A stretch of 64,000 nucleotides of DNA from Pseudomonadales bacterium (GTDB lineage: Bacteria > Pseudomonadota > Gammaproteobacteria > Pseudomonadales > CAWVSB01): positions 659,049-723,048 of the forward strand of contig JBALVY010000002.1 in assembly GCA_036960375.1 (NCBI GenBank), in the 5' to 3' direction. This document shows, piece by piece, positions 12,989 to 22,438 of this stretch (the stretch's first letter is position 1; each line of letters opens with the position of its first letter). Made by a program: the position numbers and the translations under genes. The notes beneath the pieces were generated by a model that was not told where the DNA came from, searched no databases, and saw only the letters and a list, made by a program, of their open reading frames with translations.

Positions 12989-14551
12989 ATGCAACTTTCC
13001 AATATTGATATAACGGTATTCATTGTCTATGTGGTGGGTCTGATAGGTATAGCCTATTGGGTTTCCCGAGAAAAGGCAGGTCACGATAAAGACACGAAGG
13101 ATTATTTTCTGGCGGGTAATAGTTTGCCCTGGTGGGCCGTTGGCGCCTCACTGATTGCGGCCAATATTTCGGCTGAGCAAATTATCGGTATGTCGGGTTC
13201 GGGTTTTGCTATCGGCCTGGCTATTGCTTCCTATGAGTGGATGGCGGCCATTACGCTGATAATTGTAGGCAAATATTTCCTGCCTATCTTCCTTAAGCGT
13301 GGCATATATACGATGCCTCAGTTTCTGGAGCAGCGCTTTGATCACCGCGTAAGGACGATTCTGGCAGTGTTCTGGCTCGGCGTTTATGTCTTTGTCAATC
13401 TGACCTCGATTCTTTGGCTGGGTGCGCTGGCTATCGGTACCGTTACTGGCATTGATATGACATACGGCATGATATTTCTCGCCGCTTTTGCGGCGGCCTA
13501 TTCATTGTATGGTGGCCTAAAGGCCGTTGCCTTTACCGATATTATTCAAGTGGTCATACTGGTATTTGGTGGCCTACTATTATCGTGGATTTGCCTGGAT
13601 ATGATTTCTGAAGGGAATGGCATTGTCGCGGGTTTCGTCTCTCTGTCAGAGCAGGCCGCTGACCGTTTCGATATGATTCTCGATAAGGACCATCCTCACT
13701 ATATGAGTTTGCCCGGCATCTCCGTATTGGTAGGCGGCATGTGGATTATGAACTTGTCTTATTGGGGCTTTAACCAATACATCATTCAACGTACGCTGGC
13801 TGCCAAGAGTCTGGAAGAGGGTCAGCGTGGTATAGTCTTCGCTGCTTTTCTTAAGTTGTTGATGCCTATCATTGTTGTTTTGCCTGGTATCGCTGCCGTT
13901 GTATTGTTACCACAACTTGAACGGCCCGATGAGGCATACCCTACTTTAATGCAACTTATGCCGGTAGGTATCAAGGGGCTGGTATTTGCGGCGCTGGTTG
14001 CGGCGATAGTGTCATCCTTAGGTTCGATGATTAACAGTATCGCGACCATTTTCACAATGGACCTGTACTCTCATCATCGTCCAAATAAGACCGAAGCACA
14101 TTATGTAACTGTAGGCAGGATTGTAGGTTTTTCTGCCCTTATTATAGCGATGATTTGTGCAAAACCATTATTAGGTAATTTTGACCAGGCTTTTCAGTAT
14201 ATTCAGGAATTCACCGGCTTTTTTACTCCGGGTATTGTTGCTTTGTTCTTAATGGGTATGTTCTGGAAAAGAGCAACCGTGCGTGCTGCCTTGGTTGCGG
14301 CTATCGGTTCAGCTATTTTCTCACTGGCATTTAAATTATTACTACCAGAGTTACCGTTTATCGATCGTGTCGGTCTGGTGTTCATATTGTGCATCGTTTT
14401 ACCCGTTATCACAGTACTGCTTGAAAATGCCGGTGAGCAGGATAAGGCCGTGGATCTATCCGATATCGATTTTTCTACTACCCGCAGTTTCAATATATCG
14501 GCTATAGGTGTGGTCTTGATCTTGGTCGGTTTGTACGCAACCTGGTGGTAG
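12989..14551 (+). CDS. Sodium/solute symporter (SSS/SGLT family), paralog 1
   Basis: Polytopic membrane protein, about 91% identical to the product of 27614..29176. The track start is GTG 12980. ATG 12989 (MQLSNIDITVF) aligns with the paralog start MQLAPIDISVF and has GGAG upstream. Confidence 0.9.
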   Translation: MQLSNIDITVFIVYVVGLIGIAYWVSREKAGHDKDTKDYFLAGNSLPWWAVGASLIAANISAEQIIGMSGSGFAIGLAIASYEWMAAITLIIVGKYFLPIFLKRGIYTMPQFLEQRFDHRVRTILAVFWLGVYVFVNLTSILWLGALAIGTVTGIDMTYGMIFLAAFAAAYSLYGGLKAVAFTDIIQVVILVFGGLLLSWICLDMISEGNGIVAGFVSLSEQAADRFDMILDKDHPHYMSLPGISVLVGGMWIMNLSYWGFNQYIIQRTLAAKSLEEGQRGIVFAAFLKLLMPIIVVLPGIAAVVLLPQLERPDEAYPTLMQLMPVGIKGLVFAALVAAIVSSLGSMINSIATIFTMDLYSHHRPNKTEAHYVTVGRIVGFSALIIAMICAKPLLGNFDQAFQYIQEFTGFFTPGIVALFLMGMFWKRATVRAALVAAIGSAIFSLAFKLLLPELPFIDRVGLVFILCIVLPVITVLLENAGEQDKAVDLSDIDFSTTRSFNISAIGVVLILVGLYATWW

Positions 14552-14554
14552 TTA

Positions 14555-15450
14555 ATGAAACAGATGGATTGTCAGTTAATTGCCACCGTGTCAGTGGCCA
14601 ACACCTTGGGCGAAGGTATTATTTGGCATGCTGCTGACAAGGCTGTTTGGTGGACTGACATTCAACAAAGTGTTTTATACCGCTACAACCCGGAAAGCGA
14701 AGTCTTGCAGCAGTGGCAGATGCCCGAACGGGTCGGCTGCTTTGCATTTATTGAAAATGACTCTCGCCTTATGGTGGCCTTTGCAGCGGCATCGCATTGT
14801 ATGACCTTAAGAGCGAGCAACTTGAGTGGCTAGCTAGACCAGAGCTGGACTCGCCCGGCAATCGATTTAATGATGGACGTGTAGATCGGCAAGGTCGTTT
14901 TTGGGCGGGCGCTATGGTTGAAGATAAAGCCATCCGCACTCGAGCTGCGGGTTTGTACCGCTTGGACAATAATCGCCAGTGCCGGGGGGTGGTTGACGGT
15001 ATATCTATCTCTAATGGCTTGTGCTGGAGTCCAGACTCCCGTGTTATGTATCACGCTGATTCACCACGCAGGCAAATGTATGCCTACGATTTTGATGCAA
15101 GCTCCGGTACCGCCAGCAATAAAAGAGTCTTTACATCAACAGAAGACGGGTTTTATCCTGACGGGGCAACTGTCGATAGTGAGGGATACCTGTTTAGCGC
15201 CCAATGGGGCGGTTCTCGTATCGTACGCTATACACCCAGCGGCGATATCGATGGCGTTCTTAATGTGCCCGTGAGTCAGCCTAGCTGCATGGCCTTTGGC
15301 GGTGAAAACCTTGATCTGTTATTTGTCACAACGGCGCGAGAGAATCTGGATGACGAGAGCCTTTCAGAACAGCCCATGGCGGGCAATGTGCTGATTTATC
15401 AAACGCCATTCAAAGGTACTTCGGACCCGGTTGTTAAAGCCTTAAACTAG
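14555..15450 (+). pseudogene. SMP-30/gluconolactonase/LRE-family sugar lactonase, split by a frameshift
   Basis: Two track ORFs (14555..14833 and 14797..15450) together make one lactonase: ...LGEGIIWH...WWTDI... then ...NRFNDGRVDRQGRFWAG...SNGLCWSPD...PDGATVDSEGY...FVTTA. The downstream frame is open from 14761, so the frame switch must lie between 14761 and 14796. Confidence 0.8.
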
Positions 15451-15604
15451 ATTTTCCACCTATATCTCGGCTTATTTTTCTAGCTGCGCAGCTCCTCAAC
15501 TCCTACTATCTCTTTTCTCGATCTATGTTGTTAGAAGATCTATAGGTGGTGCTGGCTAAGACTTTCGGCTTTAATGGACGGACATTCCAAAAAGAAAACT
15601 TGCG

Positions 15605-16255
15605 ATGTCCACAATTCTTTTAGTCGATGATCACGCCGTTGTTAGAGCAGGAATCAAACAGATTTTACTCAAGTCTGGAATGGCAGATGTTATTGGCGAG
15701 GCTGGGGACGCAGCCGAGGCAATTTCCAAATTCAGAGCTGAGGACTGGCAGTTAGTGCTTTTGGATATACGATTGCCAAGCCGGAGTGGTGTGGATCTGT
15801 TAGGCCAGTTTAAGGCCGAAAAGCCCAGTGTGCCTGTACTGATATTGAGCACTTATCCCGAGTCACAATACGCCGTGCGACTTATCGAGCAGGGCGCTGC
15901 GGGTTACTTATCAAAAGATGCCGACGAATCGGAAATTATAAAAGCCATTTCATTGGCTACCCGTGGCCGACGCTATATTAGCCCGGTAGTCGCAGAGTTA
16001 CTGGCCAGTAACTTGGATAAGAAAGCCTCAGCCCCAGCCTCAGTTGAGGATGCCAGTCATGAGGTGTTGTCCAATCGGGAGTACCAAATATTCCTGGAGC
16101 TCGCATCGGGACGGGGGCCTACGGAGATCGCTGACAGCTTGCAGTTGAGTTCCAAAACCGTGACGACTCACAGGGCTCGCATTTTGAGGAAGATGGGCTT
16201 TACAACTAACGCTGAACTGATTCGCTACGCCGATCGTCTTGGATTACTTCTGTGA
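15605..16255 (+). CDS. NarL/FixJ-type response regulator (REC + LuxR/GerE HTH)
   Basis: Receiver domain ILLVDDHAVVRAGIKQIL...LLDIRLP. C-terminal HTH LSNREYQIFLELASGRGPTEIADSLQLSSKTVTTHRARILRKMG. Confidence 0.9.
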   Translation: MSTILLVDDHAVVRAGIKQILLKSGMADVIGEAGDAAEAISKFRAEDWQLVLLDIRLPSRSGVDLLGQFKAEKPSVPVLILSTYPESQYAVRLIEQGAAGYLSKDADESEIIKAISLATRGRRYISPVVAELLASNLDKKASAPASVEDASHEVLSNREYQIFLELASGRGPTEIADSLQLSSKTVTTHRARILRKMGFTTNAELIRYADRLGLLL

Positions 16256-17868
16256 GTATGAGGCTTGCATGCACGTTTCTGGCGACCTTTTTTCTGCTAA
16301 TTAACAACCTGACTTTGGCTCAAGAGGGTGATCTACTGACACTGGAGGAGCAAGCCTGGTTGTCCGCGCACCCCACTATTCGACATGGAGTCATGGACGA
16401 TAGCCGCCAACATGAACCCTTTGAGTATTTTGATGATGCGGGTAACTATCAGGGCCTCACCTCCGACTATATAGAAATTCTCGAGGAAAAATTGGGGCTT
16501 AGATTTGAGCCGCGGCGGATGGACGGTTTCAGGGAGCTGGGGGACGGCTTGAGGTATGGTGAACTGGATATGTCGAGCTATTTACCAAAATCGGGGTTTT
16601 GGGTCACACAGGTAGAATTTAGCTCTTCAATTATATCCATGCCTATCGTCCTTTTAGGGCGCTTAGACGCCTCACTCATCCCTGGTTTGCAAGCCCTGGA
16701 TTCGGAAGTAGTAGCCGTCGAGGGCGGGTCGCGCGCGCATCAATTGATGCAGAGAGACTATCCTTATGCTCAAATACTGTTAGTGTCTAGTACGGAAGAA
16801 GGCCTGTTGGCGGTGAGCCAACATGATGCCGATGTCTTTATGCATAACGGATTTTCCGCGGAATATTTTCGCCGTAAGCTGGGTTTGAGTCCACTTAAGG
16901 TCGTTGCAACGACGCCTTACAATTTTCATATTTTCTTTGCCGTTAATAAAGAGATGGAGCCGTTAATCCCCATATTGGAAAAAGTTATCGACGGGCTTGG
17001 CGCTAGAGAAAAACGCCTGATATTTGATAAATGGGTAAATATTCAAATAGAGCGAAAACTGGATTGGTCGGCTCTTTTGAAGTGGGGAGGCGGCGCATTA
17101 TTTCTGATTTTATTCGTGATCGGAGGGATTTTGGTCTGGAATAGAAAGTTGGCCAGTAGCGTGGTCAAACGGACCGCCGAGCTGGAGAAGTCTGCAACGG
17201 CCCTGCGAGACTTGGCGCGGCATCTGGAAAAAGTGAGAGAAGAAGAAAAAAGCATGTTGGCGCGTGAAATTCATGATGAACTCGGGCACACCCTTACGGC
17301 ATTGACTATGTCGCTTCGGAACATTGCAGGCTTAACCGACTCTATTGAATTCAATGGTTCGCCAAGGGATATTGGGCTATTACTAGTTCAAAAGCTGGAC
17401 GGTGCGAGGGAGCTGGTACGTGAAGCGACGCAAATATCTCGACGTATAATGTCTGATTTGAAGCCTTCGGTATTAGACGACTTCGGTCTGGTGGCGGCAT
17501 TGGAGTGGCTTGTACATGAATTTCAACTTAGAACGGAAATTGAATGCCATTTCAGTTCCGATGCTTTGCCAATGACTCTGAACGAAGAAGCAAAAATTGC
17601 ACTGTTTAGAATAGTGCAGGAATCGTTAACTAACATTGGAAAGCATGCAGAGGCCAAAAGCGTAGATATTAGTTTGGACTTTGAAGACTCGTCCCTATGC
17701 CTGGCCATCGAGGATGATGGTAAAGGCTTATCGGCTGGCTGGGAGACAAGAGAGGGGGCCTTTGGCCTACAAGGAATGCGCGAAAGAGCGGTCGCTCTGG
17801 AAGGTGAGCTAAATATTGAAAATCCTCCTAATGCGGGGGTTAGATTAAGCGTCAAAATTCCTGTGTAG
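16252..17868 (+). CDS. Sensor histidine kinase (HisKA_3/HATPase) with a periplasmic solute-binding-protein (SBP_bac_3-like) sensor domain
   Basis: Signal/TM segment, a ~250-aa periplasmic domain, one TM (ALFLILFVIGGILVW), H-box EIHDELGHTLTAL, N-box QESLTNIGKHA, then DDGKG and GLQGMRERA. Its GTG start overlaps the regulator stop (GTGA). Confidence 0.85.
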   Translation: MSMRLACTFLATFFLLINNLTLAQEGDLLTLEEQAWLSAHPTIRHGVMDDSRQHEPFEYFDDAGNYQGLTSDYIEILEEKLGLRFEPRRMDGFRELGDGLRYGELDMSSYLPKSGFWVTQVEFSSSIISMPIVLLGRLDASLIPGLQALDSEVVAVEGGSRAHQLMQRDYPYAQILLVSSTEEGLLAVSQHDADVFMHNGFSAEYFRRKLGLSPLKVVATTPYNFHIFFAVNKEMEPLIPILEKVIDGLGAREKRLIFDKWVNIQIERKLDWSALLKWGGGALFLILFVIGGILVWNRKLASSVVKRTAELEKSATALRDLARHLEKVREEEKSMLAREIHDELGHTLTALTMSLRNIAGLTDSIEFNGSPRDIGLLLVQKLDGARELVREATQISRRIMSDLKPSVLDDFGLVAALEWLVHEFQLRTEIECHFSSDALPMTLNEEAKIALFRIVQESLTNIGKHAEAKSVDISLDFEDSSLCLAIEDDGKGLSAGWETREGAFGLQGMRERAVALEGELNIENPPNAGVRLSVKIPV

Positions 17869-17928
17869 GGTTTCCCCTACAAATTAATATCCGAATACCC
17901 TACCTGCAATATGGGGCTTAGCTGATGG
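17864..17928 (+). promoter_or_regulatory. 65-nt GTAGGG/CCCTAC-rich intergenic element, copy A (kinase stop to TBDR promoter region)
   Basis: It begins with the palindrome TGTAGGG-tttc-CCCTACA (17864..17881), which overlaps the kinase TAG. A further CCCTAC lies at 17898 and TAGGGA at 17943. It aligns without gaps to 32171..32235, with 50 of 65 positions identical by my count. Confidence 0.45.
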
Positions 17929-18004
17929 TTTTCCTATTTCTATAGGGATATCTTAGAGCGGTTGTTCCAATTACCGCGCTGTTACAGCGTTTCTTAGAAA
18001 TAAA

Positions 18005-20707
18005 ATGATAAAACGGGGTGTTATTATGAGGGTATGTTCAGCAAGCTATTCCACGTCTCCAGCTAGTTTTGGTATGCATAAGAAATTTAGACCCAGTGTT
18101 TTGGCCATAGCGGTCGCAGCTTTGTCCGGCGTTAGTGGCACAAGCTTTGCGCAGTCTGGTTCGGAAGAGGCGAGTCTTGAGGAAATTTTAGTTTATGGTG
18201 TTCGTAGTAGTCTTGAGCAATCTCTTGAAGTTAAGCGCAATGCTGATCAGATTGTAGACTCAATTACCGCTCAGGATATCGGTAAGCTTCCGGATGAAAA
18301 CGTATCTGAATCTTTGTCTCGTATAACCGGTGTACAGCTGACGCGTGGATTCGATGAGAGCCCGGGTGATCAAACCGGCACCGGCCAGGGCACTCAAATA
18401 TCCGTTCGCGGTATTAGGCCCGATATGAACCTCGCTACGGTAAATGGCCAGGCGATGGGAACGACCACAGGTGGGCGAAATTTTAACTTTAATCTGTTGT
18501 CTCCAGAATTAACGGCCAGACTGGACGTTTACAAAACGCCAGCGGCCAAAATGGACGAAGGTTCGGTTGGCGGTACGGTTGATCTTGTGACGAATATGCC
18601 TTTGACTCTAGGAAAGCGTCGGGCATCTATCACTGCGCTTTATCAGGCAAGTGAGCTTGGTGATCTAGATGGAAACAAGTTTTCTGGTATCTACAGCGAT
18701 GTATATGCAGATGGGAAACTGGGATTTCTAATTACTTATAACCAGAGTGAAAATACCTTAAGGCGTGATCGTTACGAAAGTTTTGGCTGGGATACAAAAA
18801 CAATATCGGGAGAAACAGGTTATATTCCTCGGGATATACGCCACAACATTCGATTTGAGGAGCAAGAGCAGAAGGCAGGAAATATTGCTTTGCAGTTTCG
18901 ACCCAATGACCAATGGGATATTGGCTTTAACCATATTGCGGCAAAATTGGACAATCACCAGTACGGCCCGCAGTCAATTATGCAGATTACACAGCAGAGA
19001 ACGCTTTTGTCTGGCGACTTGCAAGACGATACGTTTATAGCGGCTGAGACAGCTCCGACATTGACCGGCAGTGGTGAGGTTAATCAGAACGATTGGCGTC
19101 GTCGTCAGCGTTTGGCTTGGTTTGATCGCACCTACGAAACTGAAACATCGACCACTGTCCTAAATGCTGATTGGAATAATGACGACTGGCGCATATCAGC
19201 GGTGGGAGGTTATACCGAAGGGACTTGGCACCAGGGCCCTTCTCTTTTTGCCCAGTTTGGGATCAATGCCTTCATGTCGTATGACTATACGCCGGGTCTT
19301 CCACTATTGGAGTCATCAGAAGGTCTTGAGTTCGAGTCGGCTGACTTCTATAAGCCAACAGTAATGGCTAATGCCGAAAAAGACATAGTTGACGAAGAAG
19401 ATTTTTTTCAGCTGGATTTCACAAGAAATTTTGAAGACTCTATTTTCAAATCAGTCGATTTTGGGATCAAGTGGCGGGAACGCACCAATACAACTGTTTC
19501 CAAGAATGATGCTGCCAGTGGTGCCGAGAGAAACGCTGCGGGTGTCACGCTGGATGATTTCTGGGTCGGAAATATAACCGACTTCGAATTGGCGCAGGAA
19601 GGAGGTCATCCCGATTGGTTACCTAGATTGGATACCCAGGCGATTTATGATGTTTATAGTGATGTTATCGGTGACCCATCTATTTATTCAAATAAAATCA
19701 CTGAAAACGGCAGTATTGTAGAAGAAATATCGGCGGCCTACCTACAAGCCAATTTTAGTGGTGAACGTTACCGGGGTAACTTTGGTGTTCGTTACGTAAT
19801 CACGGATCAGTTTAATACGGGATATGCGGTGGATGGTACTAACTGGGACGAAGCCTACGAGATTACCGCAGCTAGAGATTATGACGATGTGCTGCCCAGC
19901 TTAAACTTTCTTTATGACTTGAGTGACGACCTTGTTCTGCGCTTCGGTTATGCCAAGGTAATGGCAAGGCCGACTTTGAAGGAACTGGCAATTGGCACGT
20001 CGCTGAATATCGGTGCTAGAACTGGATCATCGGGTAATCCGTATCTCGATCCATATCGTGCGGATTCAGTTGATTTGTCGCTGGAGTGGTACTTTGGCGA
20101 AGGTGGCTTAGTGTCGGGAGCTGTTTTCTATAAAGACGTAGAATCTTTTGTCACTAAGTCTCAAGAATTGATTGACTCTCCTGTTCCTGATATTACTGAC
20201 GAGCAGTTTCTCTGGACGACGGTAAAAAACGGTGGTGGAGCTGAGGTGACGGGTTTGGAATTGTCCTATCAGCAAAATTTCACCATGTTGCCTGGCTGGA
20301 TGGACGGATTTGGTGTCGTGCTTAACTATACCTATGTTGACAGTACAAGCGATATCAAGGATCCGGACGGCGTAGAATTACCCTTGCCTGGCTTATCGGA
20401 AAACACCGCGAATGCCATCTTGTTTTGGGAGAAATACGGTGTTTCGGCACGTGTTGCGTATAACTATCGGGATGAATTTGTGGTCTTCTCTGAAGGGCTA
20501 AGTGGATTGCCTGTTATCCGTGACGAATATGCCCAGGTAGATGCCTCTGTTGTTTACCGAGTGCCTAATACGGGTTTGTCCATTCGTCTGGAAGGTACTA
20601 ATTTGACAGATGAAGAGACCAGAGATTACGCCGGTGCTGCACCTCGCTTACAGGCTTATCACGTTACGGGAACTCGCTACAAGGTTGGTCTTACGTATCG
20701 ATTCTAA
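18005..20707 (+). CDS. TonB-dependent outer-membrane receptor
   Basis: 900 aa. TonB-box/plug region LEEILVYGVRSSLEQS...DSITAQDIGKLPD, and a C-terminal ...YKVGLTYRF. The likelier start is ATG 18074 (MHKKFRPSVLAIAVAALSGVSGTSFAQ signal peptide) or ATG 18026. Confidence 0.9.
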   Translation: MIKRGVIMRVCSASYSTSPASFGMHKKFRPSVLAIAVAALSGVSGTSFAQSGSEEASLEEILVYGVRSSLEQSLEVKRNADQIVDSITAQDIGKLPDENVSESLSRITGVQLTRGFDESPGDQTGTGQGTQISVRGIRPDMNLATVNGQAMGTTTGGRNFNFNLLSPELTARLDVYKTPAAKMDEGSVGGTVDLVTNMPLTLGKRRASITALYQASELGDLDGNKFSGIYSDVYADGKLGFLITYNQSENTLRRDRYESFGWDTKTISGETGYIPRDIRHNIRFEEQEQKAGNIALQFRPNDQWDIGFNHIAAKLDNHQYGPQSIMQITQQRTLLSGDLQDDTFIAAETAPTLTGSGEVNQNDWRRRQRLAWFDRTYETETSTTVLNADWNNDDWRISAVGGYTEGTWHQGPSLFAQFGINAFMSYDYTPGLPLLESSEGLEFESADFYKPTVMANAEKDIVDEEDFFQLDFTRNFEDSIFKSVDFGIKWRERTNTTVSKNDAASGAERNAAGVTLDDFWVGNITDFELAQEGGHPDWLPRLDTQAIYDVYSDVIGDPSIYSNKITENGSIVEEISAAYLQANFSGERYRGNFGVRYVITDQFNTGYAVDGTNWDEAYEITAARDYDDVLPSLNFLYDLSDDLVLRFGYAKVMARPTLKELAIGTSLNIGARTGSSGNPYLDPYRADSVDLSLEWYFGEGGLVSGAVFYKDVESFVTKSQELIDSPVPDITDEQFLWTTVKNGGGAEVTGLELSYQQNFTMLPGWMDGFGVVLNYTYVDSTSDIKDPDGVELPLPGLSENTANAILFWEKYGVSARVAYNYRDEFVVFSEGLSGLPVIRDEYAQVDASVVYRVPNTGLSIRLEGTNLTDEETRDYAGAAPRLQAYHVTGTRYKVGLTYRF

Positions 20708-20780
20708 ATCGCCAGTAGCGTAATCAACGGGGCATAGGGATATGCCCTAAGTGATATTTTTTGAAATTAAGAGGTGAAGA

Positions 20781-22406
20781 ATGACAAGGAAAATACCCAA
20801 GGTGGGTCTTGTTAGCACGATGTTGGTTCTATCGCTAAGCCTATGTTCTGGTTTGGTGAGTGCGCAGTCCGTAGATGATCGAAAAAATGTCATATTTATT
20901 TTGACCGATGACCAGCGTTACGATGAATTGGGTTTCATGAATCCCGTACTTGATACCCCCAATATGGACCAGTTGGCGGCAGACGGTGTACATTTTAAAA
21001 ATGCCTTTGTGACCACATCACTATGCTCTCCGAGTAGGGCATCTATTCTGACCGGGCAATATATGCATAACCATGGCGTGGTCGATAACAATGTTCCACC
21101 TCCGGCTGGCACGGTGTTCTTTCCAGAGTACTTGCAGAAGCTAGGTTATCAAACGGCATTTATTGGTAAGTGGCATATGGGTGAGGCCGCTTCCACCGAA
21201 GGAAACCTTGATGACCCTCAGCCTGGTTTTGATCACTGGTTGAGCTTTGAGGGGCAAGGCGATTACTATCCTGAGCGCAAGAAGAATGGTCATATGAGTC
21301 GATTCAACGTGAATGGCAAGCATGTTGATCAAAAAGGATATATTACAGACGAGCTCACAGACTATACGATTGATTGGCTTGAAAATGGAATGACTGACGA
21401 AAAGCCATTTTTTCTCTATCTTTCCCACAAAGCAGTACATGCAAACTTTTCTCCAGCGGAACGACACGAGGCGATGTACGCCGATGCGGACATGCCGGTT
21501 CCGTCAAGCCAGGCAGATACCCCTGAGAACTACGAGGGCAAGCCCCTATGGGTAAAAAACCAGCGAAATAGCTGGCATGGAGTGGATTTCCCCTACCACG
21601 GCTCTTTGAATGTGCAGGAATATAAGCGCCAGTATCATCGTGCATTAATGGCCGTAGATGATAGCCTGGGTCGCGTGCGCGAATGGTTAGAGGAGAATAA
21701 CCTGGCGCATAACACGACGGTTATTCTGATGGGCGATAATGGCTTTATGTTTGGCGAGCATGGACTTATAGACAAGCGAAATGCCTATGAAGAGTCTATG
21801 CGTGTACCCATGTTGGTCTATGTCCCGGGACAGAGTCAAGCGGGTGGAGTGGTTGAGAAGATCGTAGCGGGTATTGATATAGCGCCGACTATCCTTGAGA
21901 TGGCCGGTGCAGAGGAACAACCGGCACAGTTTGAGGGCGCTAGCCTATTGCCGTTGGCCACAGGACAAACGGTTGATTCATGGCGTGAAGATTTACTGTA
22001 TGAATACTACTGGGAATTTAATTATCCCATGACGCCGACTACCTTTGCTTTACGTACAGAAAACTTCAAGCTCATTCAGTACCACGGGGTGTGGGATACG
22101 GAAGAATTGTATGATATAGCCAATGACCCGAGTGAAATGCATAACTTGATTGCTGACCCTGCTTATAGAGAAGTGAGAGTTGATCTGCGTCGCGAGCTTC
22201 ATCGCCGATTGGCTAATGCACAGGGTGATCACGTAATTCCTTTTACTGAAAAGTGGGGCCCCGGTGCGCACTATCGTAGCAAAACGGGCGTCACAGCCGC
22301 TGAATTTCCGTCAAATTGGAAGAAAGCGGAATCTGATACCGGTCTTAGAAACTTTATGATACCGGAATCGAGGTTGCTAAAGCAGAACGTACCTTTGGCG
22401 AAGTAA
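20781..22406 (+). CDS. Exported Cys-type (formylglycine) sulfatase
   Basis: Signal peptide, then the sulfatase signature TTSLCSPSRASILTGQY (C-x-P-x-R) and the downstream blocks GKWHMG and LMGDNG. Confidence 0.9.
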   Translation: MTRKIPKVGLVSTMLVLSLSLCSGLVSAQSVDDRKNVIFILTDDQRYDELGFMNPVLDTPNMDQLAADGVHFKNAFVTTSLCSPSRASILTGQYMHNHGVVDNNVPPPAGTVFFPEYLQKLGYQTAFIGKWHMGEAASTEGNLDDPQPGFDHWLSFEGQGDYYPERKKNGHMSRFNVNGKHVDQKGYITDELTDYTIDWLENGMTDEKPFFLYLSHKAVHANFSPAERHEAMYADADMPVPSSQADTPENYEGKPLWVKNQRNSWHGVDFPYHGSLNVQEYKRQYHRALMAVDDSLGRVREWLEENNLAHNTTVILMGDNGFMFGEHGLIDKRNAYEESMRVPMLVYVPGQSQAGGVVEKIVAGIDIAPTILEMAGAEEQPAQFEGASLLPLATGQTVDSWREDLLYEYYWEFNYPMTPTTFALRTENFKLIQYHGVWDTEELYDIANDPSEMHNLIADPAYREVRVDLRRELHRRLANAQGDHVIPFTEKWGPGAHYRSKTGVTAAEFPSNWKKAESDTGLRNFMIPESRLLKQNVPLAK

Positions 22407-22438
22407 GTTGAAGCTTTATATAAATTGGCTAATGATTA

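Noticed and set aside
13148-13345. Antisense ORFs that appear conserved between the two symporter loci (13148..13345 / 27773..27970 and 14203..14493 / 28828..29298)
   Set aside because: Their conservation is a by-product of the strongly conserved sense-strand symporter genes. They have no independent start or RBS signals.
14761-14800. Programmed ribosomal frameshift in the lactonase gene
   Set aside because: There is no slippery heptamer, homopolymer or downstream structure at the frame junction. A simple indel (pseudogene or sequencing error) is the more economical explanation.
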